DNA of 64,000 bases from Escherichia phage vB_EcoM_CUA3. Shown here one piece after another: positions 10,774 through 21,006 of this stretch (position 1 is the first letter of the stretch; the number at the start of each line of letters is the position of its first letter). The stretch is from sequence record PP410321; one strand, 5' to 3'. The notes beneath the pieces were generated by a model. It was not told where the DNA came from, did not search any database, and saw nothing but the letters and a program-made list of their open reading frames with translations. A program made the position numbers and the translations under genes.

Positions 10774-11939
10774 GTTCAAAAACTATGCAGCGTGAAGGCT
10801 TTCCTAATATCAGCATTCGCCTTTACGAAGATTATGACGCCTGGTTAGAGCATCGTTTTGTTGAACTAGGCGCGACATTTACTACCCTAACAATGCGAGA
10901 CGGCCTTTACGGTAGTAATGAAGGATTGCTCCAGTTTTATGATGCAAAAAACCTTCATACTAAAATGGATGGTGAACAAATTATCCAAGTTTCCGTTAAG
11001 AATGCCAACTCTGAACGTACCCAATCAAGAATTTACGGAAGTAAACACTTTGCAGTAGGGGTGGATTCTAAGGGCGACAATATCATAACAATACAACTCG
11101 CCCCTATCCACTTTTTAGAAAATCTTAAATTCGGACGTATGTTCTTCCCTAGCGTTCAAGAAACATTAACCGAAATGATTGGGGTTATTTATCAAGACCG
11201 CCCGTTACTTGCTCCTCCTTTGAACGGAATAAACGTTTACGTTCCTAATGTTCCTTGGTGTGATTCAATGGACAGATATATGGAATTTGTGCGAGAAGTA
11301 GGTATGGCTGTTGAATCCGATAAATTTGTATTTGTCTGGGAAGATATAGATGGTATTTCTATTATGGACTACGAATTTATGGTTAATCAAGAGCCTATCA
11401 ATTTTGTGGTGGGTGAGCCTCGTTTAATAGGCCAATACGTCCAAGATATGGATACCCCTATTGCATTTGATTTTGAGTGGCTAACTAAAGCTAACCAACA
11501 TACCAGAAAGCCGTATGAAAATGCTACAGTATACGCCCATTCGTTCCTAGATAAAAACGCTACACGAATTACTTTTGGTGATGGACAAAACAGTATATTG
11601 GTTTCTCGTTCAGGTGGATATTCTGATTATACCTACCGAAACGGATTTGAAGAAGCTGATAGATTAGTTACAATGGCCCAGTATGATGGTTATGCTCATT
11701 GCAAGGTATACGGAAACTTTGAGTTAACTCCAGGTGATAAGATTAATTTCTATGACCCTAAAAACCAATTCCAGTACGATTTTTATGTAGACGAAGTTAT
11801 TCATGAAGTGAGTAACAACACATCAATTACAAACCTTTATATGTTTACTAATGGTAAGCCTATTAAGATTGAAGAGCCACCGAAGGTTAAAAATGAACTT
11901 AAAACTGATACTCCCGATCAAGAAAATAACGCTGGGTGA
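10770..11939 (+). CDS. 27: Baseplate hub protein gp27
   Basis: 389 aa, T4 gp27-like size and position; ATGA overlap with gp51. Confidence 0.85.
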   Translation: MSSKTMQREGFPNISIRLYEDYDAWLEHRFVELGATFTTLTMRDGLYGSNEGLLQFYDAKNLHTKMDGEQIIQVSVKNANSERTQSRIYGSKHFAVGVDSKGDNIITIQLAPIHFLENLKFGRMFFPSVQETLTEMIGVIYQDRPLLAPPLNGINVYVPNVPWCDSMDRYMEFVREVGMAVESDKFVFVWEDIDGISIMDYEFMVNQEPINFVVGEPRLIGQYVQDMDTPIAFDFEWLTKANQHTRKPYENATVYAHSFLDKNATRITFGDGQNSILVSRSGGYSDYTYRNGFEEADRLVTMAQYDGYAHCKVYGNFELTPGDKINFYDPKNQFQYDFYVDEVIHEVSNNTSITNLYMFTNGKPIKIEEPPKVKNELKTDTPDQENNAG

Positions 11940-12414
11940 TAAAGAGATTTCCATTCCTAAATTGGGTCTTAAACACCAAAAATTGGTTAAAGATGAAAAA
12001 GACCCTTATAAAGCTCTTCATATATTAATGAATTCCATTTATAAGGGTTTAACTGCAGCGGAAACCGATTTCGCTGCTCTCCATCTTTTGGAATTCAATG
12101 GACGGTTAAAAGAAAAGGTGACTAAGGATGGATTTACGTATAACCTAAATGACCTTTATATCTGCCAACGTCTTGAATTCCAATTCCAAGGTAAAACGTT
12201 TAAATTTAAATCGCATGAACCGTTCCAAACATTTGGTCCTGTTGATAGCGTACTACAATCTCTTTATCTTGGTGATGATGTACCAGATTTTCTGGATATG
12301 CCTGCCTTTGTTGCTACATGGGCCGACGATATAACTTCTACTGTAGCTATCCCTGGTCCTAATGGTCCTATTAAAGGATTGCTTAAAATCATGGATATCT
12401 TAAATGAAGAATGA
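11893..12414 (+). CDS. 28: Baseplate hub distal subunit gp28
   Basis: Start at MNLKLILP chosen (173 aa); overlaps end of gp27. Confidence 0.75.
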   Translation: MNLKLILPIKKITLGDKEISIPKLGLKHQKLVKDEKDPYKALHILMNSIYKGLTAAETDFAALHLLEFNGRLKEKVTKDGFTYNLNDLYICQRLEFQFQGKTFKFKSHEPFQTFGPVDSVLQSLYLGDDVPDFLDMPAFVATWADDITSTVAIPGPNGPIKGLLKIMDILNEE

Positions 12415-14140
12415 ATCTAATCAGAATAGTTTTCGTCGCAATAAACTGATTGAAGAAATGGCTCCTCAGCGTCGTGCTGAGGCGCTAGCACAAACCCAGA
12501 ACGACGAATTAGGAAATATAACAGAAGCTTTATCAGAAACCCAGGCGGCGTCTGAATTGCTCTCTGAAGTTGTTGAAACAAAGTCTAATCAGATTATTAA
12601 TTCTGTAGACCGAGTAGATAAAAGTGTTCAAGATGTTGTCGCCGGAACAGAATTAACAGCCGAAGCTATATCAGAACAGACCCAACAATCTAAAGCTCTT
12701 TCGGAAGCATTAAACGAAAAGATTAATAAGCTTTCTAATATGTTGGAGGCTAAATTTTCTGGTATTTCTATACCACCAGACGGGAGCTCGTTAAAGGTTA
12801 TTGAAGACTCTATTCCGGAAGAACCTAAGGCCGAAACTCCTAAAGTTCCTGCTGTTGTTGAAGATATTCTTCCGCCTGAAGATAATAAACCTGACGCTGA
12901 ATTTGTACCAGAGCCTCCTAAAAATTCAAATGAAGGTAAAGAAGGTGATAAGTCTTCTCTTTCTGATAAAATCGAAGCCCTTACAAAAATAACCGAAAAA
13001 GGATTTAAAGCCTCTGTGGGTGTGGCTGATAGAATTTCAGGCATGCTTTTTAAGTATACCATTACCGCTGCCGCTGAAGCTGCTAAACTGGCTGCAGGTC
13101 TGGCCCTTTTAATATTTGGTATAGATGCTATTCGTGTATACTTCCAATATTTCATGGACCAATTTAATGAAGGGTGGAAGAAATTTAACGATAAGTTTAA
13201 AGAGTGGGGCCCTGTACTTGAAGGATTAATGACATGGGCCAAGAATGCTGAAGCTATGTTTAGCGAAAGAAATTGGTTAGGCCTGGCAGAAGCTATTATT
13301 CGTGGTATGGTTAATCTTACCAAAAATATGGCCCAACTTTTAATGCTCGGTATTTCTAAATTGATTTCAGCCATTTTAAGTAAAATACCTGGTATGGGTG
13401 ATTTAGCTGAAAACGTAGAGGCTTCCGCCTTAATGTCATATCAACAAAATACCGGAGCCACTTTAGATGACGAAGACCAGACTAAAGTAGCTAAGTACCA
13501 TGATAGACGTTCAGCCGAGGCTTTAGAAGCAGCCGAGAAAATGAATAAGAAGTATAAGGATAAACCTGAGCTTATAAACCAGGCAGAGAAATACGGTAAC
13601 CTTACTAAAGAACAAGCTGACCAATTACGCGCAGGTGGAATTGACACAAGCTTCCGTGACCTCCCTGAAGAAGAACGTTTAGAGTATTTCAAGAAACGTG
13701 ATAAAGCCCAGGCTGATATTATTCGTTTAACCCAAACTGCCGATAATATAATGAAGCCTGATTCTAAAGATATCGAAAATGCCAAGGCATTTAAAGCAGA
13801 TATCGAGAAACAATTGGCCGACCCTATTATGGCTAAAGGTGGAGCACCGAAGGACCTTAATATCCAGCAATTACTTGATAAGATGAATAAATCTTTAGAG
13901 AAATTTAATGAAGCTGAAAAGCCTAAACCTGCTTCTGTAGCGGAATCTCCTGAAAATACCCAGGTTAAAAAGGTTGATGAGCAAATGAGAGCAAAGGAAA
14001 ATGCTAAATATAGTCAGCAAGCTCCAACTCAAATAAATCAGCAAACGAATATCAAGAAAACGAGTAAGACCAGCTATAATTTGCCACCACAGTCTTCTAC
14101 TCCTGCTCCTGGTATGCGTCAAGCTACTAAAGTTAATTAG
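12404..14140 (+). CDS. 29: Baseplate hub / tail length determinator gp29
   Basis: 578 aa, coiled-coil and low-complexity rich, T4 gp29 position. Confidence 0.85.
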   Translation: MKNESNQNSFRRNKLIEEMAPQRRAEALAQTQNDELGNITEALSETQAASELLSEVVETKSNQIINSVDRVDKSVQDVVAGTELTAEAISEQTQQSKALSEALNEKINKLSNMLEAKFSGISIPPDGSSLKVIEDSIPEEPKAETPKVPAVVEDILPPEDNKPDAEFVPEPPKNSNEGKEGDKSSLSDKIEALTKITEKGFKASVGVADRISGMLFKYTITAAAEAAKLAAGLALLIFGIDAIRVYFQYFMDQFNEGWKKFNDKFKEWGPVLEGLMTWAKNAEAMFSERNWLGLAEAIIRGMVNLTKNMAQLLMLGISKLISAILSKIPGMGDLAENVEASALMSYQQNTGATLDDEDQTKVAKYHDRRSAEALEAAEKMNKKYKDKPELINQAEKYGNLTKEQADQLRAGGIDTSFRDLPEEERLEYFKKRDKAQADIIRLTQTADNIMKPDSKDIENAKAFKADIEKQLADPIMAKGGAPKDLNIQQLLDKMNKSLEKFNEAEKPKPASVAESPENTQVKKVDEQMRAKENAKYSQQAPTQINQQTNIKKTSKTSYNLPPQSSTPAPGMRQATKVN

Positions 14141-14142
14141 GA

Positions 14143-15237
14143 TTGACAATGAAAGTAAAAGAAATTGACATTGATATAGCCTCCTTATTTAAAGGAGGTT
14201 CAAAGACCTCCGCGGGCCAGTCTAAAGCTAAACCGGTCCAAACTACGGTAACTGCACAGTATCCAGCCGAAAGGGCCTCCGGCAATGATACCTCTACAGA
14301 TATGGTGTTAAGCGATTTATATAAAAATGGATTACTTTTTACAGCATATAATTTTAGCTCTCGTGTATCACCAGATTTGCGTAACGACCGTTCAAGCCAA
14401 ATGACTAAAAAGTTTTCAAAAGCCGCTAGTAAGCTTACTGGTAATAATGGCGGATTTAGTGCAGTTAAAAACTTGTTTAGTAACAACTCTAAAGGAGTTA
14501 AATTTGACAGCCAGGCTTTAGCCAATATTTTACTCCCACGTTCTAAATCTGACGTTGATTCGGTCACCCATAAATTTAATGATGTAGGCGAATCCTTAAT
14601 TACTAAAGGCGGTGGTACTGCTACAGGTATTTTGAGTAACGTTGCAAGTACTGCTGTATTTGGCGCATTGGAATCTGTAACCAATGGTGTAATGGCCGAT
14701 TCCGGTGAGCAAATATACACCACCGCTCGTAGTATGTATGCAGGGCCAGATAACCGTACTAAGGTATTCACTTGGGAAATGACCCCTAGAAATGCTCAAG
14801 ACCTTATTCAGATTATTAAAATATACGAAATCTTTAATTACTATTCTTATGGCGAAACTGGTAACTCAGCCTTCGCTGGTGAATTAAAAGAGAAGATTGA
14901 TACTTGGTACCGTTCCACGTTTAAAAAAGAAGCCATTGATAACTTTGATGGTAAACTATTAGGCGAAGGTATTACGAGCTTCCTTTCTAACGTTATTGTG
15001 GTAAGTAACCCAACTATTTGGTATATCAGAAACTTTGGCGATAGTAGTTCATATGATGGCCGTGAAGATATTTTCGGACCATGCCAAATCCAAAGTATAC
15101 GATTTGATAAAACTCCTGATGGGCATTTTAATGGTTTGGCTATTGCTCCTAACTTACCGTCCACGTTTAGTTTAGAAGTTACTTTCCGTGAAATCATTAC
15201 TTTGAACCGTGGCTCACTTTATACGGAAGGATTCTAA
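14143..15237 (+). CDS. 48: Baseplate tail tube cap gp48
   Basis: 364 aa, same length as T4 gp48, synteny. Confidence 0.85.
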   Translation: MTMKVKEIDIDIASLFKGGSKTSAGQSKAKPVQTTVTAQYPAERASGNDTSTDMVLSDLYKNGLLFTAYNFSSRVSPDLRNDRSSQMTKKFSKAASKLTGNNGGFSAVKNLFSNNSKGVKFDSQALANILLPRSKSDVDSVTHKFNDVGESLITKGGGTATGILSNVASTAVFGALESVTNGVMADSGEQIYTTARSMYAGPDNRTKVFTWEMTPRNAQDLIQIIKIYEIFNYYSYGETGNSAFAGELKEKIDTWYRSTFKKEAIDNFDGKLLGEGITSFLSNVIVVSNPTIWYIRNFGDSSSYDGREDIFGPCQIQSIRFDKTPDGHFNGLAIAPNLPSTFSLEVTFREIITLNRGSLYTEGF

Positions 15238-16190
15238 TGTATACTTTACAAGAATTTCAAAACCAGGCAATTAATATTGACCTGCAGAGGAATAACCTGT
15301 TTAGTGTAGTATTTGCTACAGTTCCTTCTTCTAAATCTCAAGCGCTCCTCGACCAGTTCGGTGGAGCCTTATTTAATAATATTCCTTTAAATACAGATTT
15401 GTTTGGCATTACTCAAGGAGAGTTGACCCAAGGTGTTACGACATTAGTGACAGCGGGCACTCAGAAGTTGATTCGTAAGTCAGGCATAAGTAAATATCTG
15501 ATTGGAGCTATGTCATCCAGGGTTGTGCAGAGCTTACTAGGAGAGTTTGAAGTAGGTACATATCTGATGGATTTTTTCAATATGGCCTATCCTACCGCAG
15601 GTCTTTTAGTCCATGCTGTTAAAATTCCAGATAATACCTTGAATTATGAAATGGATTTGAACCATAACTCGCCTAATATAAAAATTACTGGGAGAGAATA
15701 TTCTCCATTGGTATTAAGCTTCCGTATGGATTCTGAAGCTGCCAACTACCGTGCTTTTAATGATTGGGTCAACAGTGTCCAAGACCCTATTACACAGTTA
15801 AGAGCATTACCGGAGGATGTTGAAGCTGACATCCAAGTCAACCTTCATTCTCGTAATGGATTGCCGCATACAGTAGTAATGCTTAATGGATGTGTTCCTG
15901 TAGGTGTTTCTTCGCCTGAATTATCTTATGATGGCGATAACCAAATTGCTTCGTTTGATGTTACATTTGCTTATAGAAGTGTACAGACAGGTGCAGTTGG
16001 TAAACAAGCCGCTTATGAATGGCTGGAAGATAAAGTCCTTAAAGGCGTAGCAGGCATAAGTGAGAGTAACTCATTAAGTTCTTCTGTAGCTAAACTAAGC
16101 CGACTTTCAGGAGCTTCTAGTGGATTGACTGGATTGGTTAATACATTTGGTGGGCGTGCTATTAATAATGGGGTATCGAGGTTGTTATAA
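15237..16190 (+). CDS. 54: Baseplate tail tube initiator gp54
   Basis: 317 aa, synteny 48-54; ATG overlaps gp48 stop. Confidence 0.85.
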   Translation: MYTLQEFQNQAINIDLQRNNLFSVVFATVPSSKSQALLDQFGGALFNNIPLNTDLFGITQGELTQGVTTLVTAGTQKLIRKSGISKYLIGAMSSRVVQSLLGEFEVGTYLMDFFNMAYPTAGLLVHAVKIPDNTLNYEMDLNHNSPNIKITGREYSPLVLSFRMDSEAANYRAFNDWVNSVQDPITQLRALPEDVEADIQVNLHSRNGLPHTVVMLNGCVPVGVSSPELSYDGDNQIASFDVTFAYRSVQTGAVGKQAAYEWLEDKVLKGVAGISESNSLSSSVAKLSRLSGASSGLTGLVNTFGGRAINNGVSRLL

Positions 16191-16218
16191 CAAAAAAGGA
16201 GAGCGTATGCTCTCCTTT
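16188..16218. terminator. Bidirectional terminator between gp54 (+) and convergent minus-strand genes
   Basis: AAAAAA-GGAGAGC-gtat-GCTCTCC-TTT. Confidence 0.65.
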
Positions 16219-16224
16219 AGGGGG

Positions 16225-16515
16225 TTATTTGCGGAACGAGATAAAACCTGCAGCGGTCATTAATGGCTGCTTTTTAACAAAGACCGTAATAGAAATAGGA
16301 GCTTCAGATTCAAGCTGACCGGTTACTACGCCATTAAAGATATTTTCGGTTTGTTCGGGTTGTGAAAAATTTTCAACCGGACGTAAGTCGAACTGCTTGT
16401 CTTCACCGAAAACTCGACGTAATTCATTACCTACTGCACTGTCGAACTCTTCAGAAGCAGGGATAACGTTTTCAACTACCAACTCTTGACCATTAAAACG
16501 GAATGCAGATTTCAT
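16225..16515 (-). CDS. Hypothetical protein (alt-downstream position)
   Basis: 96 aa ORF, RBS present, between alt-like gene and terminator. Confidence 0.5.
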   Translation of the reverse strand: MKSAFRFNGQELVVENVIPASEEFDSAVGNELRRVFGEDKQFDLRPVENFSQPEQTENIFNGVVTGQLESEAPISITVFVKKQPLMTAAGFISFRK

Positions 16516-16572
16516 AATGTTCTCCTCATGTTTATGTAAGGTAATAGTACCACATCCTTGTTGTGATGTAAA

Positions 16573-18696
16573 CTACATTTTGAATTTATTTGATAAAGAA
16601 GAGATGTCCAAAGATGCAGCAAGGATTTCCATAGCCTCATTACTTTCTGAAACAGATTCTGAAATTAGGAATTCTTTAAACCCGTTCATCAATTTAACTT
16701 CACCGGTTTCCATCAAATGGTCACCATCGTAAACAGATTCACTGAGCTCTGAAGGAGACGTTACGGTAGCTTCCATAAGGTATTTGTGAGATACTCTATC
16801 GTTCATAGCAAAAGCCGCTACTTTATCAACCTTCAACAACAATCCACGCGGAAGGATAATTTCTGCTTCTTCGGCGTATTCTGTAAGGTCACCAGGAGCG
16901 ATAACTTTAACTGCTTCAGCACCTCTAATAACCATACCAATTTCGGCAATTCTATCTGCAGGACCTTCAGGTGCAATTGGATTACCAAACTCGTCTTCTT
17001 CCCATTCTACCTCTTCGTCATCGACTTCACCCACATCAGATGAACTACCGCTGGTCAATTTAAACAACTCATCAGCAGAGGATAAAGAACCTTCACCACC
17101 AACAAAAACGGCTTGGTTGTCGAGGGCCATATAATTTTTACCGAATTCACCAAAGATGTTAGGCTTTAATGAGGCTGATACAAAGTTCTTAAAGTAAAAT
17201 GTTTTGTTATCGATATTATGACGCAGAATTTTGTATGGCAAATCCTGACCACGATACAAAATAGTACCCTTAGGAAGTTTAATACCCTTAGTAAATGCTG
17301 AGTCTAAATCCTTAATCAATCTAATAGCCGTTGTATTGTTTTCGGATTCAGGTTTACCTAAAAGGAATAAGTTCATAGGAGCATATTCGGCCGCACAATA
17401 TTCAATAATGGCGTTACTTTCGTCTTTAGTCAAGCCCTTAGGTTTAATGAGCTCGCCTGAATAAGCATACGCATCACCAATAGAATCGTTAATCAGTTTA
17501 TAAACGGCTTCCATAGCGAAAGCAATTCGGGATGCTTTCTCTGAAGGAGTACCCTTAAAACGGGTGCTCAGGTTATTAACAATTTTCTTAATAATATCCA
17601 GACTATTGGTTGTATTGATTTGCGAAAGGCCGCTTAAAAGTCTATCGACTTCTGTATTAAAAAATGCCATATTTTTAGAGTAAATTTCAAACCCTTGTTT
17701 ATCTCTATTAGCATAGTTTAGTTTAAATTTACTATCGGTCATTAAAGCGTGCGTAAGAGCAATGGTGTATCTAAAGTTGGCAAGGTCCTCACTCTTAGAT
17801 TTAAACTGAGAGGCCTGACGCATTTTAGTAATAGCACCTTTTTTAAAGTTCTGGCTAATCTGTTCAATACCTTCGTTCTCAGGGCCTTCGGCCGAGTGAA
17901 CAGGGACAGAAGCTTCAAACTCGTTATAAACCTGCAATTCTTTAGGTGATAAAGTTTCAGGTTCAGCAGTAGAATACTGCGCTGCTGCAGCCATACGACG
18001 GGAAATCTTAGTACGAGAAATAACAGCCTTATCGGTACGTTTCTCTTCAACCTGTGCAATAGATGCTGCTACGGCTTCTACCTTACTTACGGCCTGGCCG
18101 GTTTTCTTAGAAACATAAACTTCACCGACTTTAGACTCAACCTTGGTATAAAGGTCCGCATCAATTTCAGGCATACCCTTGATATCTTCGATATTAGTGC
18201 CACGACGTGCTAAAAGAACGTATGTATGTTTACCACTAAACTGGAACATATCATCGACAACTTTAAACTTACCACCGGTACGTGCCATCGCCAAACGAGC
18301 TAATACACGCTGAACGGTAGGACCCTTACCTTTCATTTTCTTGGTAGGGAAACGGAACAGAACTGCGTCCATTTTAAGTTTATTTACTTGTTCATATATT
18401 GTATCGAAAATAGTATTCAATGCGCCAAGTGGGTCTGGACCAAGACCACCTTTGAGTTCAGCCGGAGCACCCTTGCTCGATAAACTCATTAGAATAACGT
18501 GGACATATTTGTCGCCGGGCTTAACCATTTTAATAGCGTCTCCTTGAGACGCATAAGATACCATACGAGCAACCAGGTTATCATTACCTGGTGCTTGGAT
18601 AGAGAAAATCTGTGGGATACCTGAGCCTGGCTTAAGATTTGTTACTGGATAGTTTTTAGCTGAATCACTATCAAAAACTTCGTTTAAATTTTCCAT
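16573..18696 (-). CDS. alt: Alt-like ADP-ribosyltransferase (virion-packaged), copy 1
   Basis: 707 aa; conserved blocks shared with T4 Alt; ART signature R (YRGQ), S-x-S (SAS) and E-x-E (EAEII) in C-terminal third. Confidence 0.8.
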   Translation of the reverse strand: MENLNEVFDSDSAKNYPVTNLKPGSGIPQIFSIQAPGNDNLVARMVSYASQGDAIKMVKPGDKYVHVILMSLSSKGAPAELKGGLGPDPLGALNTIFDTIYEQVNKLKMDAVLFRFPTKKMKGKGPTVQRVLARLAMARTGGKFKVVDDMFQFSGKHTYVLLARRGTNIEDIKGMPEIDADLYTKVESKVGEVYVSKKTGQAVSKVEAVAASIAQVEEKRTDKAVISRTKISRRMAAAAQYSTAEPETLSPKELQVYNEFEASVPVHSAEGPENEGIEQISQNFKKGAITKMRQASQFKSKSEDLANFRYTIALTHALMTDSKFKLNYANRDKQGFEIYSKNMAFFNTEVDRLLSGLSQINTTNSLDIIKKIVNNLSTRFKGTPSEKASRIAFAMEAVYKLINDSIGDAYAYSGELIKPKGLTKDESNAIIEYCAAEYAPMNLFLLGKPESENNTTAIRLIKDLDSAFTKGIKLPKGTILYRGQDLPYKILRHNIDNKTFYFKNFVSASLKPNIFGEFGKNYMALDNQAVFVGGEGSLSSADELFKLTSGSSSDVGEVDDEEVEWEEDEFGNPIAPEGPADRIAEIGMVIRGAEAVKVIAPGDLTEYAEEAEIILPRGLLLKVDKVAAFAMNDRVSHKYLMEATVTSPSELSESVYDGDHLMETGEVKLMNGFKEFLISESVSESNEAMEILAASLDISSLSNKFKM

Positions 18697-18699
18697 TAT

Positions 18700-20784
18700 T
18701 TACCCTTGGATGAATTTTTCTGGGATGTCATAGAGGTCTATGCATGAAGCCAAAAGAGGCAGTACGTCAAACCGTGTAGATTTAACAAATGAATCAAAAG
18801 ATACAGGGCTTTCGGAAGTATCGAAGTCATCTTGATATACAACCAATTCACCGGTTTCCATTAGTACGTCACCATCATACACTACAGATTCTTGAAGCTC
18901 ATCTGTCGTCATAACTTCAGCTTGAATGAGTTTTGTATTNNNNNNNNNNNNNNNNNNNNNNNNNNNNNNNNNNNNNNNNNNNNNNNNNNNNNNNNNNNNN
19001 NNNNNNNNNNNNNNNNNNNNNNNNNNNNNNNNNNNNNNNNNNNNNNNNNNNNNNNNNNNNNNNNNNNNNNNNNNNNNNNNNNNNNNNNNNNNNNNNNNNN
19101 NNNNNNNNNNNNNNNNNNNNNNNNNNNNNNNNNNNNNNNNNNNNNNNNNNNNNNNNNNNNNNNNNNNNNNNNNNNNNNNNNNNNNNNNNNNNNNNNNNNN
19201 NNNNTCTAAAAGACCTACACCGGCATGGGTAACACCAAAACGACCGAAAATAATAGGGGTCAGTGAAGTTGATACAAAGTTTCTAAAATAGAATACTTTA
19301 TTTTTNNNNNNNNNNNNNNNNNNNNNNNNNGTCATACTCTGTGCACGATAAACTGTGATGCCTTCAGGTAATCTATCGCCGTTTTCAAAAGCAGAATCCA
19401 AATTATTAACTGCAGATTCGATATCTTTTTCGCTCATAACTTCATAGTTCTGAGGATTATATCGTCCTAAAAGAAGGTTATTGATATCGNNNNNNNNNNN
19501 NNNNNNNNNNNNNNNNNNNNNNNNNNNNNNNNNNNNNNNNNNNNNNNNNNNNNNNNNNNNNANAGTAATATCAACCATAATACCGCCACCTACACCAGCA
19601 AAACTATAAACACGTTTTTTAATGAACTTGGTCTTAGCGGCTTTCCACTTAGACTCGGTCAATTCGTTCCAGAGGTCGTCAGGTTGACCTTTACGAGTTT
19701 TGTTATGCTTAGCCAGCCATTCGCCTTTATATTCTTCAAAAACTGTATTAATAACAGAGGCATATTTTTCTAGAGCTTTAACAGATGTCAAAGGTTCGTT
19801 TTTGATGGCTGTAAGGATTTTCTCTTTAATTTTCTCTTGGATTTCACCTATACCGTGAAGAGGAAACATTTTATAATCGTAATGCAACTCTTCAGCAGTG
19901 CCTTCAGCTACTATATTAGCAACCTTATTTTTAGCCGCAGGAGAATTGTTATTAGTAACCATTTCTTGGGCATCAGGGATTAATGGAGCTGTTGCCGGTT
20001 TATTAAAATCAGCGGCAGTGGCTTCATATTTCTTAAACAGTTCGCTTTCATTACGATAGGATTCTAAAGACTGGCTTGCCGCAATAGCACGTCGAGAAAT
20101 CTTAGTCTTGGTTATAACCATTTTATCGGTGCGACGTTCTTCAACTTTAGCAATACTGCCGGCAATAGCAGTTTCTTTAGTAACCTGCACGCCTTCTTTT
20201 TTAGAAATATAAACTTCACCGACATCAGAATCTACCTTAGTGTATAATTCGGAATTAATTCCAGGCATACCTTTGATATCTTCGATATCAGCTTGTTTAC
20301 GGACTACCAGGATGTAAGTATGTTTACCGGTAAATTGGTACATAGCCGGAACCACTTTAAAACGTCCACCGGTTTTCTGCGCTACCAAACGTTGGATAAT
20401 ACGTTGAACGATAGGGCCTTGACCTTTCATTTTCTTAGTAGGGAAACGGAACATCACGGCATCCATACGAAGCTTTTTAACTTGTTCGAATACTACGTCG
20501 AAAATGGTATTGATAGCATCAATAGGAGTAGGGCCTAAGCCACCTTTGAGTTCAGCCGGAGAACCTTTAGCTGAAAGGCTCATAAGGATAACGTGGGCGT
20601 ATTTATCACCTAATTTAACCTGTTTAATAGCATCGCCTTCAGAGGCATAAGATACCATACGAGCCACCAGTTGGGATTCGGCATCGCCAATCTTCCAAAT
20701 CTGTGGTACTTTAAGTTTTGGGTTTAAGTTTACAGTAGGCAGGGTGCCTTCAGACTCAAACACCTCATTCAATTGTTCGGTCAT
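18700..20784 (-). CDS. Alt-like ADP-ribosyltransferase, copy 2 (paralog; partly masked)
   Basis: 694 aa; N-terminal 230 aa collinear with copy 1; YRAQ and STS motifs present, E-x-E region masked. Confidence 0.75.
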   Translation of the reverse strand: MTEQLNEVFESEGTLPTVNLNPKLKVPQIWKIGDAESQLVARMVSYASEGDAIKQVKLGDKYAHVILMSLSAKGSPAELKGGLGPTPIDAINTIFDVVFEQVKKLRMDAVMFRFPTKKMKGQGPIVQRIIQRLVAQKTGGRFKVVPAMYQFTGKHTYILVVRKQADIEDIKGMPGINSELYTKVDSDVGEVYISKKEGVQVTKETAIAGSIAKVEERRTDKMVITKTKISRRAIAASQSLESYRNESELFKKYEATAADFNKPATAPLIPDAQEMVTNNNSPAAKNKVANIVAEGTAEELHYDYKMFPLHGIGEIQEKIKEKILTAIKNEPLTSVKALEKYASVINTVFEEYKGEWLAKHNKTRKGQPDDLWNELTESKWKAAKTKFIKKRVYSFAGVGGGIMVDITXXXXXXXXXXXXXXXXXXXXXXXXXDINNLLLGRYNPQNYEVMSEKDIESAVNNLDSAFENGDRLPEGITVYRAQSMXXXXXXXXXKNKVFYFRNFVSTSLTPIIFGRFGVTHAGVGLLXXXXXXXXXXXXXXXXXXXXXXXXXXXXXXXXXXXXXXXXXXXXXXXXXXXXXXXXXXXXXXXXXXXXXXXXXXXXXXXXXXXXXXXXXNTKLIQAEVMTTDELQESVVYDGDVLMETGELVVYQDDFDTSESPVSFDSFVKSTRFDVLPLLASCIDLYDIPEKFIQG

Positions 20785-20820
20785 AATAATTCCTCTTTAA
20801 TAACCGTATTTATGCCATAA

Positions 20821-20836
20821 AAGGCCCGAAGGCCTT
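20821..20836 (-). terminator. UUCG-tetraloop hairpin / terminator after the ligase operon
   Basis: Minus strand AAGGCC-UUCG-GGCCUU followed by TTTTAT. Confidence 0.5.
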
Positions 20837-21005
20837 AAAGTACTAATAATGTACGATATACTTCGAACTTAGGCCCCTTTTCATACCGGTCAAAAGTATC
20901 TTTGAAATCAGCAAAAGCGATTTCATTTTCAAANNNNNNNNNNNNNNNNNNNNNNNNNNNNNNNNNNNNNNNNNNNNNNNNNNNNGTTTCTAAATAAGCT
21001 TTCAT
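20835..21005 (-). CDS. Small hypothetical protein downstream of ligase (middle masked)
   Basis: ATG at 21005 one nt after ligase stop; C-terminal FENEIAFADFKDTFDRYEKGPKFEVYRTLLVL. Confidence 0.35.
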   Translation of the reverse strand: MKAYLEXXXXXXXXXXXXXXXXXXFENEIAFADFKDTFDRYEKGPKFEVYRTLLVL

Positions 21006-21006
21006 A

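Noticed and set aside
12628-13374. 248 aa minus-strand ORF
   Set aside because: Lies entirely antisense within gp29; serine-rich low-complexity translation typical of antisense frames.
14133-15197. Minus-strand ORFs of 212 and 116 aa
   Set aside because: Antisense within gp48, which is well supported by synteny and length.
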